Assembly (NCBI GenBank): GCA_964621305.1
Contig: CAZUOM010000001.1
Span: 229,448-293,447, forward strand
Direction: 5' to 3'
From: an uncultured Gammaproteobacteria bacterium
Lineage (GTDB): Bacteria; Patescibacteriota; Microgenomatia; UBA10105; UBA927
DNA length: 64,000 bases
How positions within the stretch are numbered: the stretch's first letter is position 1; each line of letters opens with the position of its first letter. The notes under the pieces were generated by a model that saw nothing but the letters and a program-made list of their open reading frames with translations, made no database searches and was not told where the DNA came from. Of the stretch, positions 1 to 9,331 are shown in pieces. The translations under genes and the position numbers were made by a program.

Positions 1-159
1 GGTCGAACTCGACTTGACATCAAGCGCTGGCGTTCCGAGCGCCGCCTGAATGGTTGCGCCAAGATCTACAGCCGTCAAGACATCCAAAGACTGCCCAGAC
101 AGCTCTCCTTCATCTTTCAGCGCTTGTAACATGGCATTTGCATTGGTATTCCTGCTCAT
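1..159 (-). CDS. N-terminus of a probable vWA-domain (TerY-like) protein, runs off the window edge
   Basis: Not in the ORF track. ATG at 159 with SD AAAGGAGG (176-169) gives MSRNTNANAMLQALKDEGELSGQSLDVLTAVDLGATIQAALGTPALDVKSSST, open to base 1. It resembles, from recall, the N-terminus of vWA proteins found with PP2C/kinase/isochorismatase genes; the vWA domain itself is outside the window. Confidence 0.6.
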   Translation of the reverse strand, partial: MSRNTNANAMLQALKDEGELSGQSLDVLTAVDLGATIQAALGTPALDVKSSST

Positions 160-214
160 TGGAAAAAACCTCCTTTGATCGATTTCCTAACTTCGAAACT
201 CTGTCCGATCGTGT

Positions 215-1234
215 TCATACATCAATCGGATCGGTTGACTTGACGACGTGCATACCGGCTGCAGCGAATCTCTTCATCGCCGCTTCTGCTTCGTCGGTGT
301 AATCCACGACCCCGGGCACGACGACCGGAGACGAGCAATCGTCAAGCAGATACACTTTCTTGGCAAGCGACGGATCACGCGCCGCGATCTCGTCGAGCAG
401 GTCAGCAATCGTCCAGGCGTAGCAGTGCGATTTCGCTTGCCCGGCGATATACAGGCGATCAAAAGTGAGTAGTTTTTGCAGGAACCGTGTGTTTTTCTGA
501 CCGATCGGCTCACCGTGCGTACCAGTTTTGACTTCGGGCCCGAGGATCGAATAATTTTCGGTAAGTGGGTTCCCCCCTTTTACTTCAGGTCCGGTCTGGC
601 TGGAACGAGCGACAAGATGGAAGAATGCCGCTTCTTCGATCGTCGGAACAATCGCGTGACCGATTCCACCCAACACCGCATGGTAGGGCCAAATGTTCAG
701 AGCATACCGACCTTGCTTTGCCAGTTCCGTAACGTAGTGGAGCACATACGCCTCAAGCGCCGCAAGATTGGGTTTGTCCATGACATACGGGGTAACCGCG
801 GGATTCACCCGCCATTTCTTGTTCTTCACGTCATTGACAGTGATGACAGAAAACGGAGCGGGGTGCTCACCATTTTCGTTGATCCAATAGATTGCATGAA
901 AGATCTGCATCGCGGTGTGCGTGTCCATCGTCAAAAAGATCTGCGTAATGACACCGAGATTGCGGTAGATGAACTCTGTAAACCGCGCGCTGTCATCAAG
1001 TGCCCCTGTCCCGGATCGCCCGCCAACGTACAGCTCAAATCCGGGCAGACAGAACGTCATTTGCTGGTCGATACCCATGACCGCGATCCGAACCTTGTCA
1101 GAAGCCGCTGGCGTAAGAGCGTGTTTTCGTGCCCATTCTCTCCCGGCTGCTGAAATCTTTTCATACGGGACGCTTCGAACCTCACCCACGTTTGCCGGTT
1201 TGTAGTGTGGGGGAAGCGGAAGTTGTTTTGCCAT
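215..1234 (-). CDS. Isochorismatase/nicotinamidase-family cysteine hydrolase
   Basis: Motifs IDQQMTF, TMDTH, WPYHA and AGQAKSHC (Asp, metal ligands, catalytic Cys). Confidence 0.85.
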   Translation of the reverse strand: MAKQLPLPPHYKPANVGEVRSVPYEKISAAGREWARKHALTPAASDKVRIAVMGIDQQMTFCLPGFELYVGGRSGTGALDDSARFTEFIYRNLGVITQIFLTMDTHTAMQIFHAIYWINENGEHPAPFSVITVNDVKNKKWRVNPAVTPYVMDKPNLAALEAYVLHYVTELAKQGRYALNIWPYHAVLGGIGHAIVPTIEEAAFFHLVARSSQTGPEVKGGNPLTENYSILGPEVKTGTHGEPIGQKNTRFLQKLLTFDRLYIAGQAKSHCYAWTIADLLDEIAARDPSLAKKVYLLDDCSSPVVVPGVVDYTDEAEAAMKRFAAAGMHVVKSTDPIDV

Positions 1235-1283
1235 TTCGAAAATCCTCCGTAAAATTTTTTCTCATCGATCGTCATTGGAACTG

Positions 1284-3158
1284 TCAATTGATTTGCAGCA
1301 AGAACACCTCCTTTCGTTTAACGACATACAATCCATTAGGTCCGGGAAACAAATGCGACCCAGAATCTACCCATGGCTCGGTATCGGGAAATTCGCGCGT
1401 CTGGACGATTTGGCCGTTGGATAGTTCTACGCGAACAATTCCCTCATCTGTAGCGCAAAGGAGGAAATTGCCGATTGCGCATTTTCCACGGATCGTTCCA
1501 AGCCATGAATCGTCACCGTCTGGCATTTCAGCAGTCGCAAGAGTTGCTCCATCTCTGCTAATTACGGTGCAGCGGTTGATCGTTTTTGTTCCCTCGCGCA
1601 GACTCATGAAAAACCAGCAGAGGTCTTTGGAAAACACCGCCGTGGAGTCTATGAGTTGACCACGAATGGGCTGGATTTGCACTCGATCATTGATCCCCGG
1701 CCGCTCAGCGTCAAAAACAAACGCGACGCTGATGCCGCCGGCTTTGTAGAATCCAAATCCGAAGGTGGGACCAACCCAAAAAACCGTTTGCGCTTGTAAC
1801 ACCTCGCCCACCATCTCGGGTCCTAACTGACCATCCCGATAAAGGTGACCAGCAGAAACCCAGTATTTACGACGGGCATTGGCGTCAAACATAGGCAAGC
1901 TGCCATACGTATCAACAACTGTTTGCTCGGGTGTGGACTCATTGGGAGAAAACTCGAGGAGTCTTCCGCCCTTTGCAAGGAGAGTTTTTTCACCTTTCAG
2001 ACGAAATCGCACGAACGGATCTGGCTCAAACGATGCCACAACAGATCCACCTTCACGTTTCAATTTTCCGTCTTCATGGTACAGAATACGCAGTATCCCA
2101 TCCTGAAAAGCCGCATATACAATCGCCCCGTGGGTGCTAAAGATATTTTTCACGGTTACCTTCCCACGAACTTCTTTCTTCTCAACAGGCGCGGGCTTCG
2201 CACAACTGGGACAGATTGATCGCGCGTGCTCGGTCCCGCAATTGGTGCACTTGGTCCATCGAATCCTTTGAAGAATACCCAAAGGAAACTCGCCTCGCCA
2301 GTCCTTCTCAAATATTTCATGAAATTTTTGAAGGAGATCATCGGGAAGAATGCCCCAATGAGTGGCTGGCCTTGGATAAATCACGTTAGGGTGAAACACC
2401 GTAATTCGCCGCAATGGCCGTTCACCTTCAAGGACTCTCTGCGTTGGCTTCTTTGGTCGATAAACTCCGCCGTACGGCCCCACAAACAACAATGACTGGA
2501 ACAACATGACGGCATAAGCATACCAATCGGAGTTGGCATTATGCGGCTTAATGAGTTTAAGCGATGTCGCGCTATGGTCACAAAGCAGCGGATCTGCAAA
2601 CCGATCTGTATACATAGTACACAGGTATGGACCAAACTGTGAACTGTCTATGTCCACAAGCCACGCCCATGCTGTAGTACCAACGACGAGCACGTTGAGG
2701 TCGTTGTGATCGGCGATAATCACACCAGCTTTATGGACGCCGCACACAGTGGGATGATATCCGGTAAAGATTTCCATAACCATTTGGTTCGTGATACCGG
2801 CTTGCCGAAAATCTCGTGTTCCATAACGCATGAGCACTTCCGCGCCACTTAAGAATTTCATGGTGTATCCACGAACTTCACGACCAGTTTGGTCTGTGGC
2901 TAGATCAAGAGGCACAACGACATGTGACGGCAGACCTTTTGGAAGCTCACGAAGTTTACGTTGATGCGTTGCAATACGCTCTCGTGCCGCCTGTTGGTCA
3001 GCCGGTTGACCGTGAAAGTCAGGGTGATCCGGCGGCTTGAATATTTTGAGTGCTAGGTCAGATGCTATTTTATAAACATCCGCCTCGCCGCCGCTGCCGA
3101 TCGACTGGGTAGAATCAAGCGGAATCCGTTTCCCAGCCACATAGACACTGTTATACAT
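1284..3158 (-). CDS. Ser/Thr protein kinase (TerY-P-type) with Zn ribbon and beta-rich C-terminal domain
   Basis: Motifs IGSGGEADVY, ALKIF, DHNDLNVLV, LVDIDS and CTNC..CPSC. Start set to ATG 3158, which has an AAGGA SD. Confidence 0.85.
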   Translation of the reverse strand: MYNSVYVAGKRIPLDSTQSIGSGGEADVYKIASDLALKIFKPPDHPDFHGQPADQQAARERIATHQRKLRELPKGLPSHVVVPLDLATDQTGREVRGYTMKFLSGAEVLMRYGTRDFRQAGITNQMVMEIFTGYHPTVCGVHKAGVIIADHNDLNVLVVGTTAWAWLVDIDSSQFGPYLCTMYTDRFADPLLCDHSATSLKLIKPHNANSDWYAYAVMLFQSLLFVGPYGGVYRPKKPTQRVLEGERPLRRITVFHPNVIYPRPATHWGILPDDLLQKFHEIFEKDWRGEFPLGILQRIRWTKCTNCGTEHARSICPSCAKPAPVEKKEVRGKVTVKNIFSTHGAIVYAAFQDGILRILYHEDGKLKREGGSVVASFEPDPFVRFRLKGEKTLLAKGGRLLEFSPNESTPEQTVVDTYGSLPMFDANARRKYWVSAGHLYRDGQLGPEMVGEVLQAQTVFWVGPTFGFGFYKAGGISVAFVFDAERPGINDRVQIQPIRGQLIDSTAVFSKDLCWFFMSLREGTKTINRCTVISRDGATLATAEMPDGDDSWLGTIRGKCAIGNFLLCATDEGIVRVELSNGQIVQTREFPDTEPWVDSGSHLFPGPNGLYVVKRKEVFLLQIN

Positions 3159-3183
3159 CTTGTATTCCTTTCTTCGCTGGGAT

Positions 3184-4068
3184 TTACTTCCGTTTCCGTC
3201 GACCGGCAATCAGAGTCGTATCGTCTCTAAGAATCGCAGCATACTTTGTTACGCGCTGCGCTCTGTAATCAATGCTCTGTGTCTCGCGACTCAAGAGATT
3301 GAGACGCATGGTCACAGCCGCTGGATTTTTGAAGTAGATATCTTCTGTCCAGAACTGAGATACCAACCCCACTTTTTGCTGTTGCCCGGGAACATTCTTA
3401 TCGACAGCTTTAAGCAAATAGTTCACGCCGTCACTGCCAATAAGAAAATTGACCAGTTGATCGGTTGCTATGATTTTTTGGATCCGAAATCGTAAGAGCG
3501 CCTGGTCAATCTTCACTTGTCCGGGCTCAAGTAATCCGTGTCCGAAATACGGCGGCTCATTGTCTGGAAACGGACCGATTTTCATGATATCGCTATTGAC
3601 GATCTCAATCCCGTCGCCGATGCTTACAAAAACCGAAATCTTCGGCGTTATAAGTACGCCGAGCACGGTAAAGAGGAAGTAGTCGAATACCACTTGAGTC
3701 AAACTACTGCCCATAGACCGGGCTAGTTCTCGAATTTTGGCAAGCGCATCTTGCCGGCAGCGCTCCCAAAACGCAGCTTGGGAAAAAACAGTCGAATTGG
3801 CATCCCTCGATAGAATCGCCAGAGCGTTCTCACCGATGATGGTCCCGATCACTGGTGCACCAAGAAGAGCGCCGACCTCGCTGAAATTTTTGCTAGTGCA
3901 ACCATCGGCTACAACGCCAATGATCACATTTTGATCGGAAAGAAGAAAGTGACCGTCCTGGTTATTAATACCCTTGAAGACGTGATCCCACCCGATCCGA
4001 CTCCCCATTGCAAACTCAAACTCACTTGACGGGTGACTGCCGAATGCGCGTGCGAATATCGATCTCAT
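3184..4068 (-). CDS. PP2C-family protein phosphatase
   Basis: Motifs NQD, VADGC, SIGDG, GSDG and DDTT. Start set to ATG 4068 with SD AAGGAG at 4080-4075. Confidence 0.88.
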   Translation of the reverse strand: MRSIFARAFGSHPSSEFEFAMGSRIGWDHVFKGINNQDGHFLLSDQNVIIGVVADGCTSKNFSEVGALLGAPVIGTIIGENALAILSRDANSTVFSQAAFWERCRQDALAKIRELARSMGSSLTQVVFDYFLFTVLGVLITPKISVFVSIGDGIEIVNSDIMKIGPFPDNEPPYFGHGLLEPGQVKIDQALLRFRIQKIIATDQLVNFLIGSDGVNYLLKAVDKNVPGQQQKVGLVSQFWTEDIYFKNPAAVTMRLNLLSRETQSIDYRAQRVTKYAAILRDDTTLIAGRRKRK

Positions 4069-4069
4069 T

Positions 4070-4368
4070 GGACACTCCTTATGGTAAATTTTGCTCAACG
4101 CGGCTTTGTAGTAGCCACATTCAAACCTTCACAGAGGCGTAAAGGCATAAACGTGGCTACTACATTTTTACTCTCTTTACTTGTTAAAGAGCAAAACGTT
4201 TCGTGTCTCGGCTCTCCTTGGGGCGCGAAATACATTCTCTCCCGCGCCAACGAGAGGCGAGTCCACGAGATTATACACAACTTGGGCAGGTGAACAAAAC
4301 CTCAGGAAAAACCCATCCGGGCAGAAGGTGAGGCCTATAAGTATAACACGTTCATTCAAATTGTCCAG
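4070..4368 (-). promoter_or_regulatory. Promoter plus ~260-nt structured leader containing a perfect boxA
   Basis: TGGACA..TG-N-TATACT promoter (~4368-4340), hairpins at 4337-4300 and 4268-4201, TGCTCTTTAACA at 4193-4182, and a 12-bp perfect inverted repeat at 4107-4118/4153-4164. Confidence 0.6.
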
Positions 4369-4383
4369 CGCCCGGCCAAAAAT

Positions 4384-5061
4384 TTACTTCTTCGGCTTGA
4401 TGCGCAGGAGGAGTTTGCGGGAGAGGTCGTCGTAGAAAACTTTCATTTTCGGTATCGGAAGCGATACCCGAAGGCTTGGCCACGACTCAATTTTTTCTAT
4501 TTGTGCTATGGAGTTAGCTAAAAAAAACTCTTCAAGTCCCGCGTCTTTTTGCTTAGCCAGGGAAAAAGCTTTGTCAAAGGTAATATTTGTTTTGGTCATA
4601 ATGATGTAAAAATCGATAAAGTCCTTTGGTTCAAGTCTTCCAAAGATAGTCAGTAGCTTGTTTGAAGCGATATTCTCAATTGCGTCAACGGCAACGTCGT
4701 CAATCGTAACAAGTTTCCCAAAATGAATCGGTTGATCAGCAACAATGTCAATTCGCTGTTCCCACCCTTCTCGTTGGTTTTGTAGATAAAGTTCGTTATA
4801 GTTATCTGTTCTTACCTTTGCAAAGATGGTAGCTTCAAGTTTGTCAGCTATGCTCTGCATGACAGCCTGCATTGACTTATAATCGTAGGGCTTGAGGGTA
4901 AAAAAATCCAAATCTTTACTCTCCCTATGAGCAAAATAAAACGCCGACAGTGCTGTACCACCGGTCAGAAAAAAATCTTTGCCAAATCCACTTCGAAAAA
5001 AAATCTCGAGGATTTGAATTTGATAAGAAGTGAGAATAGGGTTCTTATGAAGACGATACAT
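4384..5061 (-). CDS. AbiEii/AbiGii-family nucleotidyltransferase toxin
   Basis: Motifs LTGGTAL, HRESKDLDFF and NKL..R.EPKDFID. Confidence 0.85.
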   Translation of the reverse strand: MYRLHKNPILTSYQIQILEIFFRSGFGKDFFLTGGTALSAFYFAHRESKDLDFFTLKPYDYKSMQAVMQSIADKLEATIFAKVRTDNYNELYLQNQREGWEQRIDIVADQPIHFGKLVTIDDVAVDAIENIASNKLLTIFGRLEPKDFIDFYIIMTKTNITFDKAFSLAKQKDAGLEEFFLANSIAQIEKIESWPSLRVSLPIPKMKVFYDDLSRKLLLRIKPKK

Positions 5062-5320
5062 GATACCCCCAAGCAGTTAATGCCCGCCGCCATGCTTCTT
5101 TTACCCCAGGGCGTAATTTGAGTTTCGCAAATCTGCTCGTAATGTCAGTCATTTTCACGTATCGCCAAACATCACGAAACCGTGCGCTGGTTAAAATCCG
5201 CGACATCATCCAAGTCCTTTCCGTCTCATTGTTTCCATGCAAAATCCGCCGTACATCAGCCTCAGTTAAATCATAGTCCCACAGAAAATATGGGCGCTTG
5301 CCCCTGGTTTTTTGCTTCAT
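5045..5320 (-). CDS. Small antitoxin partner (DUF6922-like) of the AbiEii gene
   Basis: FLWDY motif; 91 aa; overlaps the toxin start. Confidence 0.65.
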   Translation of the reverse strand: MKQKTRGKRPYFLWDYDLTEADVRRILHGNNETERTWMMSRILTSARFRDVWRYVKMTDITSRFAKLKLRPGVKEAWRRALTAWGYHVSSS

Positions 5321-5395
5321 AACGGCATTGTATCACCAATTTCCTATGCGCCTCAACTCCGATACACCATAGTTGCTATTTTACCCATCTTTTGT

Positions 5396-5590
5396 TAAAC
5401 TAATCGCCTTTGCTCGTTGACAATTTCACCTGCTCTACCAAAAGTATTTGGCTGATGGAATAGTGAACGTACTATCCTTTATGTTCAGTTCACCATCAGT
5501 CAAACTCAAATCGTGGAGGTGAATAAAAGATAAACGAAAATTACCTATCGGTACAAAAATCCACACGTGCACGACTTTCCAAGGAGAAAA
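5396..5590 (+). promoter_or_regulatory. Serpin leader: -10 element, boxA-like 12-mer, long hairpin, SD
   Basis: TAAACT at 5396-5401, TGCTCGTTGACA at 5411-5422, hairpin at 5425-5523 and AAGGAG at 5581-5586. Confidence 0.5.
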
Positions 5591-5592
5591 TC

Positions 5593-6717
5593 ATGACGAA
5601 CAGATCGAACGGACTGAAATTCGCACTTAGTCTTTACAAGGCACTGCCGGAAAACGAAAACGTCTTTTTCTCACCTCTCAACATCCAGATGTGTCTTGCG
5701 AGGGCTGCCGTCGGCGCGCGGAACAACACCCGCCGGCAAATGGAAACCGTCATAGGTCTTACGGGCTTAACAGACGAGCAAATCGTCACATGGATCAAGG
5801 ACGCCTCTGACAGTCTCAACAGTGCCCGCGATGGCATCCTTACCACGGCAGCAAGAATCTACGCACAGGAAAGTTACCCGTTCATCAAGTCCTACATGGA
5901 TCTGATGGGACGAATTGCGGGTATCGAGGCGGTAGATTTTCGATCCGCATTTGAACGAGTACGCGCCGAAATCAACGGTTGGGTTGCAGGGGTTACTCAC
6001 AATCGGATCCTCAATCTACTCCCCGAAGGGTCGCTCGACGCGTTGACGCGGATGGTATTGGTGACAGCCATTTATTTCAAATACGATTGGCTGAGCAAGT
6101 TTACCGTCGCCAACACCAAGCCAGACACATTCCATGCAATCGCCGGAGACGTGACCGCGCCGATGATGCACCAAAGCGCGAAAGGCATTTTCTCTTATAC
6201 AGAAACCAAAACGTTCCAGGCCGTTGCACTGCCATACGTCGGCAGACGACTTTCTATGATCTGCCTTTTACCGAAAGGGGGCTTATCTGACTTTGAAAGA
6301 TTGCTTGACGATCAGCATCTTTCAGAGATACTGTGGCCGCTCCGTCCAGAACACGACCTTGAAGTACGGTTGTGGATGCCGAAATTTGAGATCGGTTGGG
6401 GTACTACGGATCTCACTCCAATGCTCAAATCGCTCGGTATGACCGACGCTTTCATTAGCATGGCTGACTTCAGCGGTATGGAGTCTAGCCGAGAACTCTA
6501 CATTGACGGCGTCTACCACAAGGCGTGGGGGAAAGTGGATGAAGAAGGATCGGAGATGGCCGCGGCGACTGCAACGGTTATGCGGTCACTAAGCATCACT
6601 CTCCCGCGCGAACCAGTCATTGTTCGTCTTGACCGCCCATACCTATACTTTGTCTATGATCACGACACAGAAACCATTCTTTTCATGGGCAGGCAAGCGA
6701 ATCCGACTCTGAAGTAA
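5593..6717 (+). CDS. Serpin (serine protease inhibitor family)
   Basis: Motifs NVFFSP, INGWV..T..RI, VTAIYFK..W, hinge VDEEGSEMAAAT and DRPYLY..ILFMG. Confidence 0.95.
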   Translation: MTNRSNGLKFALSLYKALPENENVFFSPLNIQMCLARAAVGARNNTRRQMETVIGLTGLTDEQIVTWIKDASDSLNSARDGILTTAARIYAQESYPFIKSYMDLMGRIAGIEAVDFRSAFERVRAEINGWVAGVTHNRILNLLPEGSLDALTRMVLVTAIYFKYDWLSKFTVANTKPDTFHAIAGDVTAPMMHQSAKGIFSYTETKTFQAVALPYVGRRLSMICLLPKGGLSDFERLLDDQHLSEILWPLRPEHDLEVRLWMPKFEIGWGTTDLTPMLKSLGMTDAFISMADFSGMESSRELYIDGVYHKAWGKVDEEGSEMAAATATVMRSLSITLPREPVIVRLDRPYLYFVYDHDTETILFMGRQANPTLK

Positions 6718-6736
6718 AGAACGATGACACGCAGTG

Positions 6737-6783
6737 GCGAGGGTTTGGACCCGAATTTTTTGGGCAGGCCCTCGCTTTTTTTT
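6737..6783 (+). terminator. Intrinsic terminator of the serpin gene
   Basis: GCGAGGG..CCCTCGC stem followed by T8. Confidence 0.8.
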
Positions 6784-7003
6784 GATGAAATCTACCCTTT
6801 TCTTCCTACTGCCCAGTCGTTACGGACCACTACCCCAAAACGTCTTTCAAACTCCAATGTCGCAAGTTTAATTTAGGAGGCGTGTGAGGCAAACATTTTT
6901 TCCTTTTGCAACACCCTCCCAAAGACGACCATCTGGGCTGGTCCAGACAATTTGTCCGCCAACAGACATCCACTCGGCCCCGGCAGCATCATCGCCTGCC
7001 TTA

Positions 7004-8034
7004 TTATTTAGCTTCTTCTCTTTCAAAAAACGGGGTCAAGGTAAATCGGTATCCGCCTGCCCTTTTATATTCCTTATATTCTTCTAAAGCTTTTTTGTCC
7101 TGCGTTGGTACTTCATCTTTGTGTATATGGGAGAGAAGTATTGAATCGCTTTGCATTGTTTGCAAGCCGGACTGCCTATTAAAAAGCTCCACGACCTTCT
7201 TTTGAACGGCACGATATCTGCTAGGCAATGATTCCAGCCCCACCTCTTCTATCACGCGAAGGCCGACTAGCAGTGCATCATCCCGTTTGAACCATTTATT
7301 CCCAACTAATGAAGGAATTTCATTCCTGGCATAGGTAAATCCAATCCTTTTGCGAAATAACCCGTGAGGCTTACTTAATGAAAGAAAGACTACAGGAATA
7401 TTCTTATGATCAGCGTAAAATTTATACGGCTGCGTAGACCCAACATACGCTAGGTCCAAATATACAGAGTGTCCTTGTTCACAAAGTTTGCGAATAAAAT
7501 CATTGTCTATAATATTTCCATCTCTGGCTGAGGGATTTGAGATAAACCAAATTCCAGGTTCCGGTAATGTAAATGCTTTGTCTTGTTCTACTTCTTCAGT
7601 TCTAACTCCAACTGTTTTTGCATACTCACGGTAGCCTTCATATTCCCCGGACAAAGTATATATTCTATATAATCCCTTCCCCCAAGTTCGGCAATAGTAT
7701 GAAAAATTGCCTCACTAGATCCTGCTGTGGCATAGCGGTATTTAAAATCTCCGAGCCCCGGAACAGTGTTTTTATATTCTTCGACTATCTGCTCCATCAC
7801 AGGGGCGTGAAGTCCGTCAAGGTCTACTGTGCCGTCTGGCTTAGCAGGAAGTATTAACGGTGTTTTAAAACCCAGTTGGTCAACTATGTCCTGGGCTTCT
7901 CCCATAGAAGTTTGCGTCATAAATAACCTCCTGCCGGAGAGGGCAAGTTTTCCCTCTAGATAGTTAACGACATCCCAAACTTCGGGAAATGCGTAGGAGT
8001 ATACGGCCTTCATGGGTTGCAGCTCTTTACTCAT
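7004..8034 (-). pseudogene. PLP-dependent class I/II aminotransferase-like gene split by a frameshift near 7655-7665
   Basis: The upstream frame has TAGSSEAIF; the downstream frame has SNPSARDG, YLDLAY and SLSKPHGL..RIG. The shift falls in a TATATA run. ATG 8034 overlaps the radical SAM stop (ATGA). Confidence 0.75.
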
Positions 8035-8954
8035 GGTAAATATCCTGCGTCTTCCGTCCAATCTGTTGCAATATCTCCATTGAGGTGGAATATTAACTGG
8101 CGCATTTGTTCGGCTGGGTTGGAATCTTTTGTCAGTGAATTGGTCAAGCAAACATTTTGACCGTTAACCTCATAAATTGTTGCGCCGAAAGCATAACGGT
8201 TCTTTACCATACCCACGGAATTCAGGTACAAACTGATCTCAGTAAGTTGCTCAGCAGAAATCTCATGGCCCAGTACCCACTGCGAAACAGATAAATTTCG
8301 CGAGCGTTCAGGACGATTCACCGGTCGGGCTGTCAGCTCATCGGCACCGGTAGATTGAACAAATTCGATTAGGTGTTTGAACTTCTCCGCACTGTCGATA
8401 CCGCCGGCAAACATGATACACGAAAGCCTTACACCCAGGCCGTATTTGTGCAGACGAGACACGAGTGAACGAAGATCAATATAAGAGCGTTCGTAAGGAA
8501 TATACACCTCCTGATTTAACTTCGCATCGTATCCGACAAACGACACGATGTAGGTAGTCAAGCCCAGATGTTTCCACGCGGCAAGGTAAGGCTCATAGAA
8601 TTCTGGTTTTTGTTCTATCCGAATGCCATTGGACTGCAATTCCTTTTTCTGAAATCGAAAGCCGGTCTTTTTTTCAAAGGCCAAAGCGGTTGCCAGAAAA
8701 GCAGTCACGTGATCCGGAAACAAAGTAGGCTCCCCTTTTCCGGTGATCATGAAAGTGTTAGCATTACCGATAGCGGCGTACTCAAGTGCATTCCAAAATC
8801 GTTCCCAGACAATAGGAGGTTCCTTGATACCTAATTCATTGTTGGGTGTCATCTTAGAAATGCAGAACGGACAACGGGCGTTGCAGGCTTCAGTGCCTGC
8901 CAGAACACTAAGGGTCTGCACTTTTCCGATTGGTGGAGCCTCGATATTAGACAT
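8031..8954 (-). CDS. Radical SAM protein
   Basis: CNARCPFC and ITGKGEPTL motifs; probable start at ATG 8954. Confidence 0.88.
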   Translation of the reverse strand: MSNIEAPPIGKVQTLSVLAGTEACNARCPFCISKMTPNNELGIKEPPIVWERFWNALEYAAIGNANTFMITGKGEPTLFPDHVTAFLATALAFEKKTGFRFQKKELQSNGIRIEQKPEFYEPYLAAWKHLGLTTYIVSFVGYDAKLNQEVYIPYERSYIDLRSLVSRLHKYGLGVRLSCIMFAGGIDSAEKFKHLIEFVQSTGADELTARPVNRPERSRNLSVSQWVLGHEISAEQLTEISLYLNSVGMVKNRYAFGATIYEVNGQNVCLTNSLTKDSNPAEQMRQLIFHLNGDIATDWTEDAGYLP

Positions 8955-9098
8955 GCTGATGCTCGTTATTTGGGCCCAGTAGAATGACCTAAACGGCTTA
9001 GAGTGTATCACAAAAAAAAGAATCTTCAATCTACCGGCTTCTTGTAATTAGGCTTCTCTAACGAAAAGTGCCCCATCGTTGCTTTTTCCCAAAATTTA

Positions 9099-9248
9099 TT
9101 ATCTCTTTGGCTTTATTTGCAGGAGGAGTTTGCGGGAGAGGTCGTCGTAGAAAACTTTCATTTTCGGTATCGGAAGCGATACCCGAAGGCTTGGCCGCGA
9201 CTCAATTTTTTCTATTTGTGCTATGGAGTTAGCTAAAAAAACTCCTCA
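9099..9248 (-). pseudogene. 3' fragment of a paralogue of the 4384-5061 AbiEii gene
   Basis: 9119-9248 is nearly identical to 4404-4535 but has a 1-nt shorter A-run; it ends LLQIKPKR* versus LLRIKPKK*. Confidence 0.85.
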
Positions 9249-9250
9249 AA

Positions 9251-9292
9251 GGTTTTGGGCCCGAATTTTTTGGGCAGGCCCTCGCTTTTTTT
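9251..9292 (+). repeat. Partial copy of the serpin terminator
   Basis: CCCGAATTTTTTGGGCAGGCCCTCGCTTTTTTT is identical at 6750-6782 and 9260-9292. Confidence 0.9.
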
Positions 9293-9331
9293 GTGGCTTA
9301 CAGTTCGACGCCCATCCAACTTGAGCGTTCT

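Noticed and set aside
476-2495. Long antisense ORFs in the track (e.g. 476-1153, 1129-1659; likewise 9293-9994, 15127-15645, 44826-45521)
   Set aside because: They are shadows of well-supported genes on the opposite strand and have no motifs of their own.
8031-8954. Viperin-like antiviral radical SAM
   Set aside because: It lacks the viperin-type N(Y/W)H..CNY.C.FC context; only the generic radical SAM motif is present.
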